Shown: positions 8,530-19,343, counted from the stretch's first letter. The stretch: DNA of 64,000 nt from Rhodospirillaceae bacterium (GCA_002746255.1 NVWO01000007.1:2404-66403), one strand, 5' to 3'. Numbers and translations: made by a program. The notes: generated by a model not told the origin, from the sequence alone.

Positions 8530-8908
8530 TAAGCTCGGTAACGCCCTTGCCGTTTTCGGCATCCTTTGCCTCATCCTTTCCGGTGCGGGCCAGGCGAGGC
8601 CGGCTTCGGCCCCTGTAACGGGGGAGATGCCTGGCGATCTCGCGATCGCGCTTCAGACAATTTGCTCCGGTTCCGGCCTCCGCCACGCAGGCGGGGAAGG
8701 GCCGTCTTCACCACACGAACCGGGGTCGATTGCGTGTTCGCTTTGCTGTCTGCAGGGACCGTCACCGCTCGCATTCGTTCCAGCTTCTTTCGTTGCCTTG
8801 CCATCTTTCACGGCTCTGGCATTCCTTCTGCCGGCGGTGCGGCAGACAGACAGCTTCCTTGTGACGCGGCCTCCAAGCCGCGCACCGCCACGCACGCACA
8901 TTCTCTAG
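8510..8908 (+). CDS. small exported Cys-containing protein, DUF2946-like
   Basis: Start MRSPIFNKLGNALAVFGILCLILSG overlaps the znuB stop by about 20 nt. Carries CSLCC and a C-terminal RAPPRTHIL. Family assignment is from memory. Confidence 0.45.
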   Translation: MRSPIFNKLGNALAVFGILCLILSGAGQARPASAPVTGEMPGDLAIALQTICSGSGLRHAGGEGPSSPHEPGSIACSLCCLQGPSPLAFVPASFVALPSFTALAFLLPAVRQTDSFLVTRPPSRAPPRTHIL

Positions 8909-8976
8909 CTTTTCCAAGTTTACTGTTTTCTGGAAGCGTTTTTTCTGCCTCGCGGCAGAAGAAAGAAATGTGAAAG

Positions 8977-9783
8977 TTGCGAACGATGAAATTCTTAAAC
9001 GTCTCAGGGTTTTTTCTATGTCTTCTCCTGGCGGGCACTCCGGCGATTGCTCATGAGAAGGGAAAGCCTTCACCGGAATCCCTGCATTTTCTTGATCCTC
9101 TTATTGGCGAAACGCCAACGCTGGAAACGAGCCTTCGCCTCGATCACCGCTTTCGCAATCGGGCAGCAGGCACGGAACACACCCTTGGGTTGACGGCAGA
9201 ATACGCTTTCAATGACTGGCTTGGGTTTGAACTTGGCGTGCCATACGCTTTTTTAGATCCGGGCGATGGGCCAAGCCGTTCGAACCTCGGCACAATCGAA
9301 ATCGGTCTAAAATTCGCGCCCTTTATCTTTCCGGCAGAAGGGCTCGCCTTCGGCGGTGGGCTTGAAATCGGGCTACCCACCGGGGATGAAAGCAAGGCAA
9401 TCGGCAGCAACCGTGAATGGGAGCTGGAACCCTTTCTGAATGCGGGCTGGCAAGTGCGCGGCCTGCAAATGACGGCCCAACTCAGCTTTGGGATTCCTAT
9501 GAACCAATCGGAAGAAGAAGCGGACGAAGTCGATCTTGAAATCGGCTTCAATCTCGCTTTTCTTTATCCGCTCTCGCCGAAATTCACGCCGTTGCTTGAA
9601 TTCGATGGCAAGGGGGTCGCAAAAGGCACCGACAACAAAACAGTGATCAACGCCACTATTGGTTTTTTAAGCGCGCCTTTTGAAAACGAAGACATCAAAC
9701 TGGGTTTTGGCCTTGGCGCACCGCTTACCAGCGATGAGAATTTTGACGTCCGGACGATTTTTACGGTTTTCTACGAATTATAG
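8977..9783 (+). CDS. putative outer-membrane beta-barrel protein (signal peptide, alternating amphipathic strands)
   Basis: 268 aa, signal peptide ...AGTPAIAHE, many G/F/L alternations, ends FTVFYEL. Confidence 0.5.
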   Translation: MRTMKFLNVSGFFLCLLLAGTPAIAHEKGKPSPESLHFLDPLIGETPTLETSLRLDHRFRNRAAGTEHTLGLTAEYAFNDWLGFELGVPYAFLDPGDGPSRSNLGTIEIGLKFAPFIFPAEGLAFGGGLEIGLPTGDESKAIGSNREWELEPFLNAGWQVRGLQMTAQLSFGIPMNQSEEEADEVDLEIGFNLAFLYPLSPKFTPLLEFDGKGVAKGTDNKTVINATIGFLSAPFENEDIKLGFGLGAPLTSDENFDVRTIFTVFYEL

Positions 9784-9790
9784 GGGCGGT

Positions 9791-10954
9791 CTAGCCAGCG
9801 GCGTTTAGCCGCTTGAAGCCTTCGTCGAGGTCCTGAATCAAATCGTCCGGGTCTTCAAGCCCCGCATGGATACGGATGGCAGGCCCTTCTTTCCAGGTCG
9901 TCGCCGTTCGGATTGTTTCTGGGTAGATGGGGAGGATCAGGCTTTCATAGCCGCCCCAGCTATACCCGATGGCGAACAGTTTCATGCCGTCGAGCATGGC
10001 GGCGATGGCTTTTTTCGGACGGTCCCTGAGGATGAAGGAAAAAAGCCCCGGCGCACCGGTGAAGTCGCGTTTCCAGATGGCATGGCCCGGATCTTCGGGA
10101 AGGGCTGGATAAAGAATTCGCGCCACTTCGCGTCGCTCTTTCAGCCATTCGCAGAGGATGCGCGCCGTTTTCTGATGCCGTTCAAGGCGGATGTGGAGCG
10201 TGCGCAGGCCGCGCAGGGCCAGATAGCATTCTTCAGGTGCCGAACAGCCCCCCAGACTGGCGACCGTCTGCCGGACCGTCTTGAAATGTGGCTCAAGGGT
10301 GGTGATGACGCCAAGCATGGCGTCTGCGTGGCCGACGATGTATTTCGTCGCCGCCTGAATCGAAACGTCAACGCCATGGTCGAACGGCTTGAAGTAAAGC
10401 GGCGTCGCCCAACTGTTGTCCAGGATGACGACGGCCCCTTTTTCATGGGCTGCTTTGGCGATGGCAGGAATGTCCTGCACTTCGAAGGTCAGCGATCCGG
10501 GTTGCTCGACAAAGACGACCTTCGTGTTTGACCGCAGCAAATCCTTGATGCCGGCGCCTATAAGCGGATCGTAATAGGTCGTTTCGACGCCGAAGCGCGC
10601 CAGCACCTGATCGCAAAAATACCGTGTCGGCCCATAGACGCTGTCGGCAACCAGAAGGTGATCGCCCGCTTTGAGGAAGGCGAAAAGCGATGCGGCGATG
10701 GCGGCAAGGCCTGACGCCATTGCGATGCTGCGATCGCCGCCTTCAAGCTCCGCGATGGCGGCTTCCAGCGCAAAGGTCGTCGGCGTGCCGTGGCGACCGT
10801 AATAGACCCCGTCGAAGGGGTGCTTGTCGAAGGATTCAAGCGCCGCAAGGCTTGGAAAGGTCACGGTGGAGGCGCGATAGATCGGTGGATTGACGATCCC
10901 GAAATTTTCTTCCGGGTTCCGCCCGGCATTGACGATGCGCGTGTCTTCCTTCAT
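9791..10954 (-). CDS. metC: cystathionine beta-lyase (PLP-dependent, Cys/Met metabolism family)
   Basis: Cys/Met-metabolism PLP fold motifs (VVILDNSWATP, AATKYIVGHAD). Start taken at MKEDTRIVNAGR; the track ORF extends to 11023. Confidence 0.75.
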   Translation of the reverse strand: MKEDTRIVNAGRNPEENFGIVNPPIYRASTVTFPSLAALESFDKHPFDGVYYGRHGTPTTFALEAAIAELEGGDRSIAMASGLAAIAASLFAFLKAGDHLLVADSVYGPTRYFCDQVLARFGVETTYYDPLIGAGIKDLLRSNTKVVFVEQPGSLTFEVQDIPAIAKAAHEKGAVVILDNSWATPLYFKPFDHGVDVSIQAATKYIVGHADAMLGVITTLEPHFKTVRQTVASLGGCSAPEECYLALRGLRTLHIRLERHQKTARILCEWLKERREVARILYPALPEDPGHAIWKRDFTGAPGLFSFILRDRPKKAIAAMLDGMKLFAIGYSWGGYESLILPIYPETIRTATTWKEGPAIRIHAGLEDPDDLIQDLDEGFKRLNAAG

Positions 10955-11097
10955 CTGAAACCTGTCCACTTTACCGCGATGCCCGATCTTTCCGCTTGTA
11001 AAGTGACTGGCAGGGCCGGTCAAGGCGTCCGCTTTTGGGCTTGGAGAACGCCGCCCTTTCTAAGATGATGGGCCGGAAACAGGATTGAAGGTGCTGC

Positions 11098-12327
11098 ATG
11101 CCCCATACTCACGCCACCATTCTTCTTCTGCTGATCGTGCTTGGCGTTCTTGCCGGCGTCGTGACCGGCTGGTTCTGGGGAGAAGACATGCTTGCCGTTG
11201 CCTGGCTGGGCGAACTTTTTCTGAACGCGCTGAAGATGCTGATTATTCCCCTGATCGTCGCTGCCGTCATCAGCGGCGTGGCTTCCCTGGGCGACATAAG
11301 AAAATTGGGGCGTATTGGCGGCATTACCATTCTTTACTTTGTCGGCACGACGGCGGTGGCGGTGGTCATCGGGCTTGTCGTCGTCAATCTCATTCAGCCC
11401 GGCGTTGGGCTTGACTTCGAAGTACAAAGTCTGCCCGAAGCGGTCGCGGCGAAAAGGGAAATCGGCTTTACGGACATCCTGCTTTCCATTGTGTCGCCGA
11501 ATTTGATCGCGTCCGCCGCAGAAATGCAGCTTCTGCCCCTGATCTTCTTTTCCATCCTGCTTTCCGCCGCCCTGACAACGTTGGGGCCGGTTGGCGAGCA
11601 TGTCATCGGGCTTTTCAACGGGTTGAACGAAGCGTTGATGAAGGTGGTCATCTGGCTGATGTATTTTGCGCCGGTTGGTATCTTCGCCCTTGTCGCTGCG
11701 CGCCTTGGAAAGGCAGGGGGTGGGGATGCGTTTTTAGCCGAGGTGAGCGCCGTCGGCCTTCATGTCGTGACCGTGTTGAGCGGGCTGACGATCCATTTTC
11801 TCTTTCTGGTGCTGCTGATGATCTTTGTAAGCGGCCGGGGGTTGGGCTATCTGCTGGGCCTGATGCGCGCGCTTCTGACGGCGTTCGGCACGGCCAGTTC
11901 GTCGGCGACCCTGCCGTTGACGATGGAATGCGCGCGCGAACAGGCGGTGGACGAAAAAGCGATCCGCTTCGTCCTGCCGCTGGGAAGCACGGTCAACATG
12001 AACGGCACCGCCCTTTATGAGGCGGCGGCGGCGATGTTCATTGCCCAGGCCTATGGCATCGATCTTGGGCTGGGGGCCCAGAGTCTGGTTTTCATCACCG
12101 CCACCCTTGCCGCCATCGGTGCCGCCGGCATTCCCGAGGCAGGCCTGGTGACGATGGTCATCGTGTTGACGGCCGTGGGGTTACCCCTGGAGGGGCTTGG
12201 GCTTTTGCTTGCGGTTGACTGGTTCCTCGACCGCTTCCGCACGGCGGTGAACGTCTGGGGCGACGCGACAGGGGCGGCGATTGTTCACCGGTTTTTGCCG
12301 AAGCCCTCCTCCGGTGGCACGTCTTAG
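11098..12327 (+). CDS. dicarboxylate/amino acid:cation symporter (DAACS family)
   Basis: 409 aa, GltP/DctA-like transmembrane protein (PLGSTVNMNGTALYE). Confidence 0.75.
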   Translation: MPHTHATILLLLIVLGVLAGVVTGWFWGEDMLAVAWLGELFLNALKMLIIPLIVAAVISGVASLGDIRKLGRIGGITILYFVGTTAVAVVIGLVVVNLIQPGVGLDFEVQSLPEAVAAKREIGFTDILLSIVSPNLIASAAEMQLLPLIFFSILLSAALTTLGPVGEHVIGLFNGLNEALMKVVIWLMYFAPVGIFALVAARLGKAGGGDAFLAEVSAVGLHVVTVLSGLTIHFLFLVLLMIFVSGRGLGYLLGLMRALLTAFGTASSSATLPLTMECAREQAVDEKAIRFVLPLGSTVNMNGTALYEAAAAMFIAQAYGIDLGLGAQSLVFITATLAAIGAAGIPEAGLVTMVIVLTAVGLPLEGLGLLLAVDWFLDRFRTAVNVWGDATGAAIVHRFLPKPSSGGTS

Positions 12328-13175
12328 GTTGCGATCGGCAAATCGTTCCGGCTGCCCCATTCGGACCAGGACCCGTCATAGACGGGGACGTCCTCAAGCC
12401 CCAGCAAATGCAGGCCCAACGTCACGACGCCTGCCGTAACCCCAGAGCCACAGCTGGTTACGATGGGTTTCTTAAGGTCAATCCCGGCATCGGTGAATTT
12501 GCGTTGCAATTCACTGGCGGGCAGTAGCGTTTTTTCCCTGGGGTCGAGAATATCCGGGTAAGGCAGGTTGAGGCTGCCCGGGATATGGCCGGCGCGAAGG
12601 CCGGGACGGGATTCCGGCACTTTTCCGTGGAAACGTTCGGCGCTTCGCGTATCGACGACCTGTTCGTCATGGCTGTCGAGATTGGCCAGAATCTGATCGG
12701 TATCGCGCACCAGAAGATTGTTGATGCAGGCCGTAAAGTGGCGGCGGCCCGGGGTAACATGCGCGTCATCAATGGCGCGGCCTTCACGGATCCATTTTGG
12801 CAGGCCACCGTCCAGCACGGCGACGTCCTTGTGACCGAAAAAACGAAACATCCACCACACGCGCGCTGCGCTGATCAGACCGGCGGCGTCGTAAACGACG
12901 ATGCGGCAGCCATCCCCAAGGCCCAACGCGCTGACGCGGCTGGTGAATTTTTCAGGCGAGGGAAGCATGTTCGGATAAGGGCTTTGCGTATCGGCGATCT
13001 CGCCGGTATCGAAGAAGACGGCACCGGGAATGTGCCCTTTCGAATATTCCTTCATGGGGTCCAGGTCCGGGTCTGGAAACTGGTTTGTGCCGTCTACGAT
13101 CCGGATGTCCGGTGCGTGGAGTTGTTCGGCCAGTTTGGCCGTGCTGATCACGGAATCGTGGTTAATGTAATCCAT
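12324..13175 (-). CDS. sseA: 3-mercaptopyruvate sulfurtransferase (tandem rhodanese domains)
   Basis: Active-site loop CGSGVTA is typical of MST rather than the CRKGVTA of thiosulfate sulfurtransferase. Confidence 0.75.
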   Translation of the reverse strand: MDYINHDSVISTAKLAEQLHAPDIRIVDGTNQFPDPDLDPMKEYSKGHIPGAVFFDTGEIADTQSPYPNMLPSPEKFTSRVSALGLGDGCRIVVYDAAGLISAARVWWMFRFFGHKDVAVLDGGLPKWIREGRAIDDAHVTPGRRHFTACINNLLVRDTDQILANLDSHDEQVVDTRSAERFHGKVPESRPGLRAGHIPGSLNLPYPDILDPREKTLLPASELQRKFTDAGIDLKKPIVTSCGSGVTAGVVTLGLHLLGLEDVPVYDGSWSEWGSRNDLPIAT

Positions 13176-13216
13176 AAGTATATTCCATCAATGCATTGTT
13201 TTATTTAATTTAAATC

Positions 13217-14215
13217 TTACATCCACTCCGGCACAGGCAGGTTTTTTGCGCGCAGGAATTTTGGATTGAAAAGCTTGCTTTGGTAGCGGGCACCGGTATC
13301 GGTAATCAGCGTAACGATGCGATGGCCGGGGCCCATTTCTTTGGCAATTTTTATTGCCGCGCCGATATTGATGCCGCTTGATCCGCCGACCAGCAGCCCT
13401 TCGGATTTGACGAGGTCGAAGATCAGCGGCAGGGCCTCCTCATCGGTGACGCGCAGCCAGTCGTCGATCGGGGCGCCGTTGAGGTTTTTGGTAATGCGCC
13501 CCTGGCCAATTCCCTCGGTGATCGAGGAACCCTCTGCCTTCAGTTCGCCATGGTCGAAATGGTTGAAAAGGGCCGAGCCCATTGGGTCGGCGAGCACGAT
13601 TTTTATCGCCGGGTTCCGCTCTTTCAGGGCCATGCCCACCCCGGCCAGGGTGCCGCCCGTCCCGGTGGCGCAGGTAAAGGCATCGATTTTGCCGTCCGTT
13701 TGCTCCCAGATTTCGGGCCCGGTTGTCCGATAATGGCCGTCGCGGTTGGCAAGGTTGTCGAATTGGTTCGCCCAGATGGCGCCGTTCGGCTCTTTCTCGG
13801 CCAGTTCTTTCGCCAGGCGTTCGGAGGCGGGGACGTAATTTTCCGGATTTGCGTAGGGGACTGCGGGCGCAAGGTGAATTTCGGCACCGCACATTTTTAG
13901 CATGTCGATCTTTTCCTGGCTTTGGGTCTCCGGCATGACGATGACCGTGCGATAACCAAGGGCGTTGCCAACCAGTGCCAGCCCGATGCCGGTGTTGCCT
14001 GCCGTTCCTTCGACGATGACGCCCCCCGGCCTTAGAAGACCGCGTTTCTCCGCGTCCTGAACGATGAAAAGTGCCGTTCGGTCCTTGATGGAGCCGCCGG
14101 GATTGAGAAATTCCGCCTTTGCCAAGATTTCGCAGCCGGTTGCTTCCGACGGACCTTTGAGGCGAATAAGCGGTGTGTTGCCGATTGTGCCTAGGAGTCC
14201 GTCCCGGATGTCCAT
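13217..14215 (-). CDS. cysteine synthase / CBS-family PLP enzyme (CysK-like)
   Basis: GGSIKDR lysine motif, GTAGNTGIGLA, TGTGGT. Confidence 0.75.
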   Translation of the reverse strand: MDIRDGLLGTIGNTPLIRLKGPSEATGCEILAKAEFLNPGGSIKDRTALFIVQDAEKRGLLRPGGVIVEGTAGNTGIGLALVGNALGYRTVIVMPETQSQEKIDMLKMCGAEIHLAPAVPYANPENYVPASERLAKELAEKEPNGAIWANQFDNLANRDGHYRTTGPEIWEQTDGKIDAFTCATGTGGTLAGVGMALKERNPAIKIVLADPMGSALFNHFDHGELKAEGSSITEGIGQGRITKNLNGAPIDDWLRVTDEEALPLIFDLVKSEGLLVGGSSGINIGAAIKIAKEMGPGHRIVTLITDTGARYQSKLFNPKFLRAKNLPVPEWM

Positions 14216-14293
14216 GTGATTCCTGACGTTTTTTGAATGGGAGGCTAACTTATCGGTCGTGTCTGCCCGAAAGCAAGGCGTTGTCTTTCAGTC

Positions 14294-14917
14294 TCATGCG
14301 CTTGCCCAGCGTTTGCGCAAATCGTCCACGTTCAGCGCCAGCCATTGCAGCGCGATAATGGTCATCGAATTGTTGAGACACCCTTCTTTTAGCAGGCGCA
14401 TGGCCTCTTTTCTGGGCGTTGGCAGGACGCGGATGTCTTCCTGCTCGTGATCCAGGCCGTGAATGCCGCCGGCGTCCTTCAGATCCATGTGGCCGCAGAA
14501 AAGCGCCATCGTTTCCGACGTGCCGCCTGGACTTACCAGGTAATCGGCAATCGGGATCAGTTCGCCGACTTCCAGTCCGGCTTCTTCGACCGCCTCGCGG
14601 CGGACAACCACCTCTGGGCTTTCGCCTTCCTCGATGATGCCGGCGACGATTTCGGTGACCCAGGCAGGACGGTTGGCGACAAAGGCGCCGATCCGGAACT
14701 GTTCAATCAGCAACACTTCGTCCCGGTCCGGGTCGTAGCCGAGAACGCCGGCTGCGTGCCCACGCTCGAACACCTCCCGCTTGACCTCGTCACTCCACCC
14801 CCCTTCGTGGAGCGTGTGGCGCAGAAAATAGCGGTTGATGCGGAAATAGCCCTGAAAGGCGGTTTGTTTTTGCAGGATAGAAACCTGCGGCTTTTTTCCC
14901 TTGGTCATCGTCCTCAT
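14294..14917 (-). CDS. nudF: ADP-ribose pyrophosphatase (NUDIX hydrolase)
   Basis: NUDIX box GIIEEGESPEVVVRREAVEEAG. Start ATG overlaps the bioD stop (ATGA); the track ORF extends to 14998. Confidence 0.7.
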   Translation of the reverse strand: MRTMTKGKKPQVSILQKQTAFQGYFRINRYFLRHTLHEGGWSDEVKREVFERGHAAGVLGYDPDRDEVLLIEQFRIGAFVANRPAWVTEIVAGIIEEGESPEVVVRREAVEEAGLEVGELIPIADYLVSPGGTSETMALFCGHMDLKDAGGIHGLDHEQEDIRVLPTPRKEAMRLLKEGCLNNSMTIIALQWLALNVDDLRKRWASA

Positions 14918-15645
14918 GTCTCCTTGGGTGGCACCGGCTGGCGTGGCCGTGATGTCTCCATGAAAAGCGGTGTCACCAGGTCCGGAGCCTCTTGCCATGC
15001 TTCCAGGCCGCCAGCCAGGCGGGGTAGCGCCAGCATCGGCACGCGGGGGAGGAAGCGCGAAAGCGTCTGGATGGTATCGTTCATGGGCACCGGCTGATGC
15101 GTTGATTCGCTCACGATAACGCCGGCAATTTCGACGCCGCTGCGCTCTAGGGCCAGTGCCGAAGTCAGGCTGTGATTGAGACTACCAAGATAGCTGCCGA
15201 CAACAAGAAGAACCGGATAGCCAAGGGCCCGGGTCCAGTCCAGGACGGTCTTTTTCTCCGTAAGCGGCACCATGACGCCGCCGATCCCCTCGACAAAACG
15301 AAAATCCGGCGCCACCTTGCCTGAAATTGGGTTTGTCCTGGAAAAGCGCACCAGTTCGTCAAAATCAATCGCGCGGCCCTCTCGTTGCGCCGCCATATCG
15401 GGGGAAATGGGATCGTGGAATCGCCATGGCGAAATCGCGACGATGCGTTCGGCCTCGGCGGCATGGCCAAGGCTTTCGATGAGAATGGCGCTGTCGCAAT
15501 TCTTGTCACCGATGACAAATCCGGTAATGACCGGTTTGAGCAATTCCGTTCGCAATCCACGCTTTTGAAGCTGACGGGCGAGAAGGGCGGCAACAAAGGT
15601 TTTGCCGACATCGGTGCCGGAAGAGGTGATGAAAAACGACCGCAT
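14914..15645 (-). CDS. bioD: dethiobiotin synthetase
   Basis: N-terminal P-loop FFITSSGTDVGKT, 243 aa. Confidence 0.8.
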   Translation of the reverse strand: MRSFFITSSGTDVGKTFVAALLARQLQKRGLRTELLKPVITGFVIGDKNCDSAILIESLGHAAEAERIVAISPWRFHDPISPDMAAQREGRAIDFDELVRFSRTNPISGKVAPDFRFVEGIGGVMVPLTEKKTVLDWTRALGYPVLLVVGSYLGSLNHSLTSALALERSGVEIAGVIVSESTHQPVPMNDTIQTLSRFLPRVPMLALPRLAGGLEAWQEAPDLVTPLFMETSRPRQPVPPKET

Positions 15646-15813
15646 GAAAAATTCCTGTGCCTCTGGCGCCTTTGCCCATGATGTAGCCAGCCATCTGAAG
15701 GTTAGTCAACGCGTTCAGCACTTGCAGAAGGGGGGGTGCTTTGGCTATGACATTGTGACGCATGCGGAGAGAACCTGAAAAAAAGTCTAAGAAAAAACAT
15801 AAGGTTGAAAAGA

Positions 15814-16797
15814 ATGGAGAAAATAAGAACGGCTGTCATCGGGGTTGGCTATTTCGGTAAATTTCACGCTGACAAATATGCGGGTCTTGCCCTTTCGGAA
15901 TTTACCGCTGTCGCCGACAGCGATCCGGCACGCGCCAGGGAAATTGCCGAAAAACACGGTGTGTCGTTCGTTTCCGACTATCGGGACCTGCTTGGCAAGG
16001 TCGATGCGGTCAGCATCGCCGTGCCGACACCCTTTCATTACGAGGTCGCCAAGGCTTTTCTTGAAAACGGCGTGCATGTTCTGATTGAAAAGCCAATCAC
16101 AGGCGACCTTGCCGAGGCCGACGAGTTGATCCGTCTGGCAGCGGAAAACGGCCTTGTGCTTCAGGTCGGGCATCTTGAGCGATTTTCGGCGGCCCGGCTC
16201 GGACTCGAAGGGGTGATTAATCGGCCTCTTTTTATCGAATGCAACCGTATCGCTGCTTTCAAGCCGCGCGGCACGGATGTCAGCGTGACTCTGGACATGA
16301 TGATTCACGACATTGACATGATCCAATATCTCGTCAAATCGCCAATATCCGAGGTCGATGCGGCCGGGGCGCCGGTTTTTTCAGGGGAGGAAGATATCGT
16401 CAATGCGCGGCTTCACTTTGAAAATGGCTGCATTGCAAATGTGACGGCAAGCCGTATCAGCATGAAGAACGAGCGCAAGATGCGTATCTTTCAACACGAT
16501 GCCTATCTCATGATCGACTTTGTGAACAAAAAAGTGGTCGTCGCCCGGAAGGGGGAAGGGGAAAGCCTTCCCGGCGTTCCGAAAATTGACGTTGAAGAGC
16601 ACACGTATGAAGACGAGGACATTCTAGAACGCGAAATCGATGCGTTTCTGAAATCCATTGCGGAAGGTCGCCCCCCCCTCGTCAGCGGTGAAGACGGTCG
16701 CCACGCCCTTGAAACGGCCTTGTTGATTAACGAGAGCCTGAAACTGCATGCGAGCCGCAGCCAGGCTCTTGGTGCAAAAGGGACGCTGCCTGGTTAA
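15814..16797 (+). CDS. Gfo/Idh/MocA family NAD(P)-dependent oxidoreductase
   Basis: Rossmann motif AVIGVGYFGKFHA, EKP motif HVLIEKP. Sits between bioD and bioB. Confidence 0.75.
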   Translation: MEKIRTAVIGVGYFGKFHADKYAGLALSEFTAVADSDPARAREIAEKHGVSFVSDYRDLLGKVDAVSIAVPTPFHYEVAKAFLENGVHVLIEKPITGDLAEADELIRLAAENGLVLQVGHLERFSAARLGLEGVINRPLFIECNRIAAFKPRGTDVSVTLDMMIHDIDMIQYLVKSPISEVDAAGAPVFSGEEDIVNARLHFENGCIANVTASRISMKNERKMRIFQHDAYLMIDFVNKKVVVARKGEGESLPGVPKIDVEEHTYEDEDILEREIDAFLKSIAEGRPPLVSGEDGRHALETALLINESLKLHASRSQALGAKGTLPG

Positions 16798-16962
16798 GGG
16801 GGGCCTGTCTATGGAAGCGGAAGCCTGCCTTTCTCCAATCCCTCTATGGCGAGGCGGACCGCTTCGCCACGGCCGATGCGACTGTGGCACGGCTTTTTTC
16901 GTGAATTTTTGCGAAAAAACGAGTATATCGCTGTTACCCTTTGGAAGGTTGATCTCTTGAAA

Positions 16963-18003
16963 ATGACGTCGAACTCGTCCCCAGCCCCAGTTAATGTCAC
17001 AGCCCCGTCAGGGACCGCTAGCAGCGACGCTCTCCGCCATGACTGGCAGTGCGAGGAAATTCTTTCTCTTTTTGATCGTCCCTTTAACGATCTTCTTTTT
17101 GAGGCGCATTCGCTGCACCGTCGCAGTTTCGATCCGAACCGCGTGCAGATCAGTACATTGCTCAGCATCAAGACGGGCGGTTGCCCGGAAGACTGCAAAT
17201 ATTGCGCGCAAAGTGCTCGCTACGATACCGATCTTGAGGCGGAAAAGCTCCTTGCCGTGGAAGAGGTCGTGCGCGAGGCGCGCAAAGCAAAAGCGGTGGG
17301 GGCGACGCGTTTTTGCATGGGGGCTGCCTGGCGCAATCCAAAGGACCGGGATCTTCCTTGCGTCCTTGAAATGATCCGCGAAGTGAAGGCGATGGGCCTT
17401 GAGACCTGCGCCACCCTCGGCATGGTGACGGCAGAACAGGCCGCCGCATTGAAGGAAGGCGGCCTGGATTATTACAATCACAACGTCGATACGTCGGAAG
17501 AATTCTATGGCGAGATCATCACGACGCGAACGTATCAGGATCGCCTCGACACCCTGGCCAATGTGCGCGCTGCGGGCATGAAAGTATGCGCGGGCGGTAT
17601 TCTTGGCATGGGAGAAGCGCGCAAAGATCGTGCAGGCATGCTGATGACCCTTGCCAATTTGCCGACACACCCTGAGAGTGTACCCATCAACCTTTTGATA
17701 CGGGTTGCCGGAACGCCATTTGAAAAGAGCGAAACGGTTGATCCGATTGAATTCGTGCGCACTGTGGCGGTTGCCCGGATTCTTATGCCGCAATCCGTCG
17801 TCCGTCTGTCGGCGGGGCGCGAACATATGACCGATGAGATGCAGGCCCTTTGCTTCTTTGCCGGCGCCAACTCGATCTTCTATGGCGAAAAACTACTGAC
17901 TGCCGGCAACCCGGAGGAAAGCGCGGACCGCGCTCTTTTTGAACGTCTCGGTCTTAAGGGTGAAGAACTTTCCGCGCCGCCTGACGAACATCCGCATCGA
18001 TGA
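16963..18003 (+). CDS. bioB: biotin synthase (radical SAM)
   Basis: [11 protein letters not shown] radical-SAM cluster motif. Start at MTSNSS; the track ORF extends to 16846. Confidence 0.85.
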   Translation: MTSNSSPAPVNVTAPSGTASSDALRHDWQCEEILSLFDRPFNDLLFEAHSLHRRSFDPNRVQISTLLSIKTGGCPEDCKYCAQSARYDTDLEAEKLLAVEEVVREARKAKAVGATRFCMGAAWRNPKDRDLPCVLEMIREVKAMGLETCATLGMVTAEQAAALKEGGLDYYNHNVDTSEEFYGEIITTRTYQDRLDTLANVRAAGMKVCAGGILGMGEARKDRAGMLMTLANLPTHPESVPINLLIRVAGTPFEKSETVDPIEFVRTVAVARILMPQSVVRLSAGREHMTDEMQALCFFAGANSIFYGEKLLTAGNPEESADRALFERLGLKGEELSAPPDEHPHR

Positions 18004-19292
18004 CGCGCCCGCCGCCGGATATGCCGGGGCGGCATTCAGAACATCTTTGGCTGCCCTATACCCAGATGGCGACGGAAACGCCGCCCCTGGAAGCGGTGGC
18101 GACGGAAGGCACACGCATTCGCCTTAAAGATGGCCGCGAACTTATTGATGGCATTGCGTCCTGGTGGACGGCCTGTCACGGTTACAACCACCCCCATATC
18201 CAAAGGGCGGTTGCCCACCAGCTTGAAGCCTTTCCCCATATCATGTTCGGCGGATTTCTTCATGAACCGTCGGTGCGTCTTGCGGACCGCCTTGTCGCGC
18301 TGTTGCCGTCGGGGCTGTCGCGCGTCTTCTTTTCTGAATCCGGCTCTGTCGCGATCGACATTGCGCTAAAACTTGCGGTCCAATATTGGACCAATCGGGG
18401 CCAGACCGGGCGCGACCGTTTTGTTGCATTTCGTCGTGGCTATCATGGCGACACGCTGGGGGCGATGGCTGTCTCGGACCCCGGTGTCGGCTTTCATGAC
18501 CGCAAGCATTTTGGCGATTACATTCCCGAACAATTTTTTGTGGACGTTCCTGACGATGCCGAAGGGGCGAAGCGTTTCGAGGATTTTCTGGCGTGTAACG
18601 CGAACAGAATTGCGGGTGTCATTCTAGAGCCGCTTGTTCAGGCGGTTGGCGGCATGCGGTTTCATTCTTCTGAAACCCTGCGTTGGATATCGCAAGCCTG
18701 CACCCGCCAGGGCGTGCTTTTCATCGCCGACGAAATTGCCACGGGCTTTGGGCGTACAGGCGCGCTTTTTGCGTGCGAGGAGGCAGGCATCACGCCGGAC
18801 ATTTTGTGCCTTGCAAAGGCGCTGACCGGCGGCACGCTTCCCCTGGCGGCGACGGTTGCGACGTCTGAGGTTTTTGACGCTTTCTATGGGGAAGACCCGG
18901 AAAAAGCCTTCCTGCACGGCCCCACCTTTATGGCCAACCCACTGGCCTGCGCTGCGGCGAACGCGTCCCTCGATTTGTTTGAGAGCGAGCCGCGGCTCGA
19001 ACAGGTGGCGGCGATTGCGGCGCATTTGCGTTCCGCGCTCGCGCCATGCCGTGCCTTTTCCGGCGTTTGCGACGTGCGCGTGAAGGGGGCTATCGGTGTT
19101 GTTCAGCTTGAAGGCGAGGTCGATCACGACTGGTTGCGCGGTCGTTTTATCGAAGAAGGGGTCTGGATTCGCCCCTTCGGCGACATGGTTTATCTGATGC
19201 CGCCCTTTGTGATCTCAGAAGAAGAATTGGCCTGTCTTACAGACGCCATCGTCAAGGTGGTTGGTGAGTGGTCGGTGCAAAAGCGGGCATAA
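18000..19292 (+). CDS. bioA: adenosylmethionine-8-amino-7-oxononanoate aminotransferase
   Basis: Class-III aminotransferase. ATGA overlap with bioB. Confidence 0.85.
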   Translation: MTRPPPDMPGRHSEHLWLPYTQMATETPPLEAVATEGTRIRLKDGRELIDGIASWWTACHGYNHPHIQRAVAHQLEAFPHIMFGGFLHEPSVRLADRLVALLPSGLSRVFFSESGSVAIDIALKLAVQYWTNRGQTGRDRFVAFRRGYHGDTLGAMAVSDPGVGFHDRKHFGDYIPEQFFVDVPDDAEGAKRFEDFLACNANRIAGVILEPLVQAVGGMRFHSSETLRWISQACTRQGVLFIADEIATGFGRTGALFACEEAGITPDILCLAKALTGGTLPLAATVATSEVFDAFYGEDPEKAFLHGPTFMANPLACAAANASLDLFESEPRLEQVAAIAAHLRSALAPCRAFSGVCDVRVKGAIGVVQLEGEVDHDWLRGRFIEEGVWIRPFGDMVYLMPPFVISEEELACLTDAIVKVVGEWSVQKRA

Positions 19293-19330
19293 AAAACCCC
19301 CGACCGCGATTTGCGCGCCGAGGGTTTTTA
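19293..19330. terminator. bidirectional intrinsic terminator (A-tract, GC-rich hairpin, T-tract) between convergent bioA and the hydrolase gene
   Basis: AAAAAACCCCCGACCGCGATTTGCGCGCCGAGGGTTTTT seen in sequence. Confidence 0.55.
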
Positions 19331-19343
19331 ACGTTTGGCTTTG

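Noticed and set aside
15646-15804. TCAACGCGTTCA near-palindrome in the bioD / oxidoreductase divergent region, considered as a BioR/BirA operator
   Set aside because: Imperfect (one mismatch), and it does not resemble the TTATAGATAA-type BioR box or a BirA site I can recall.
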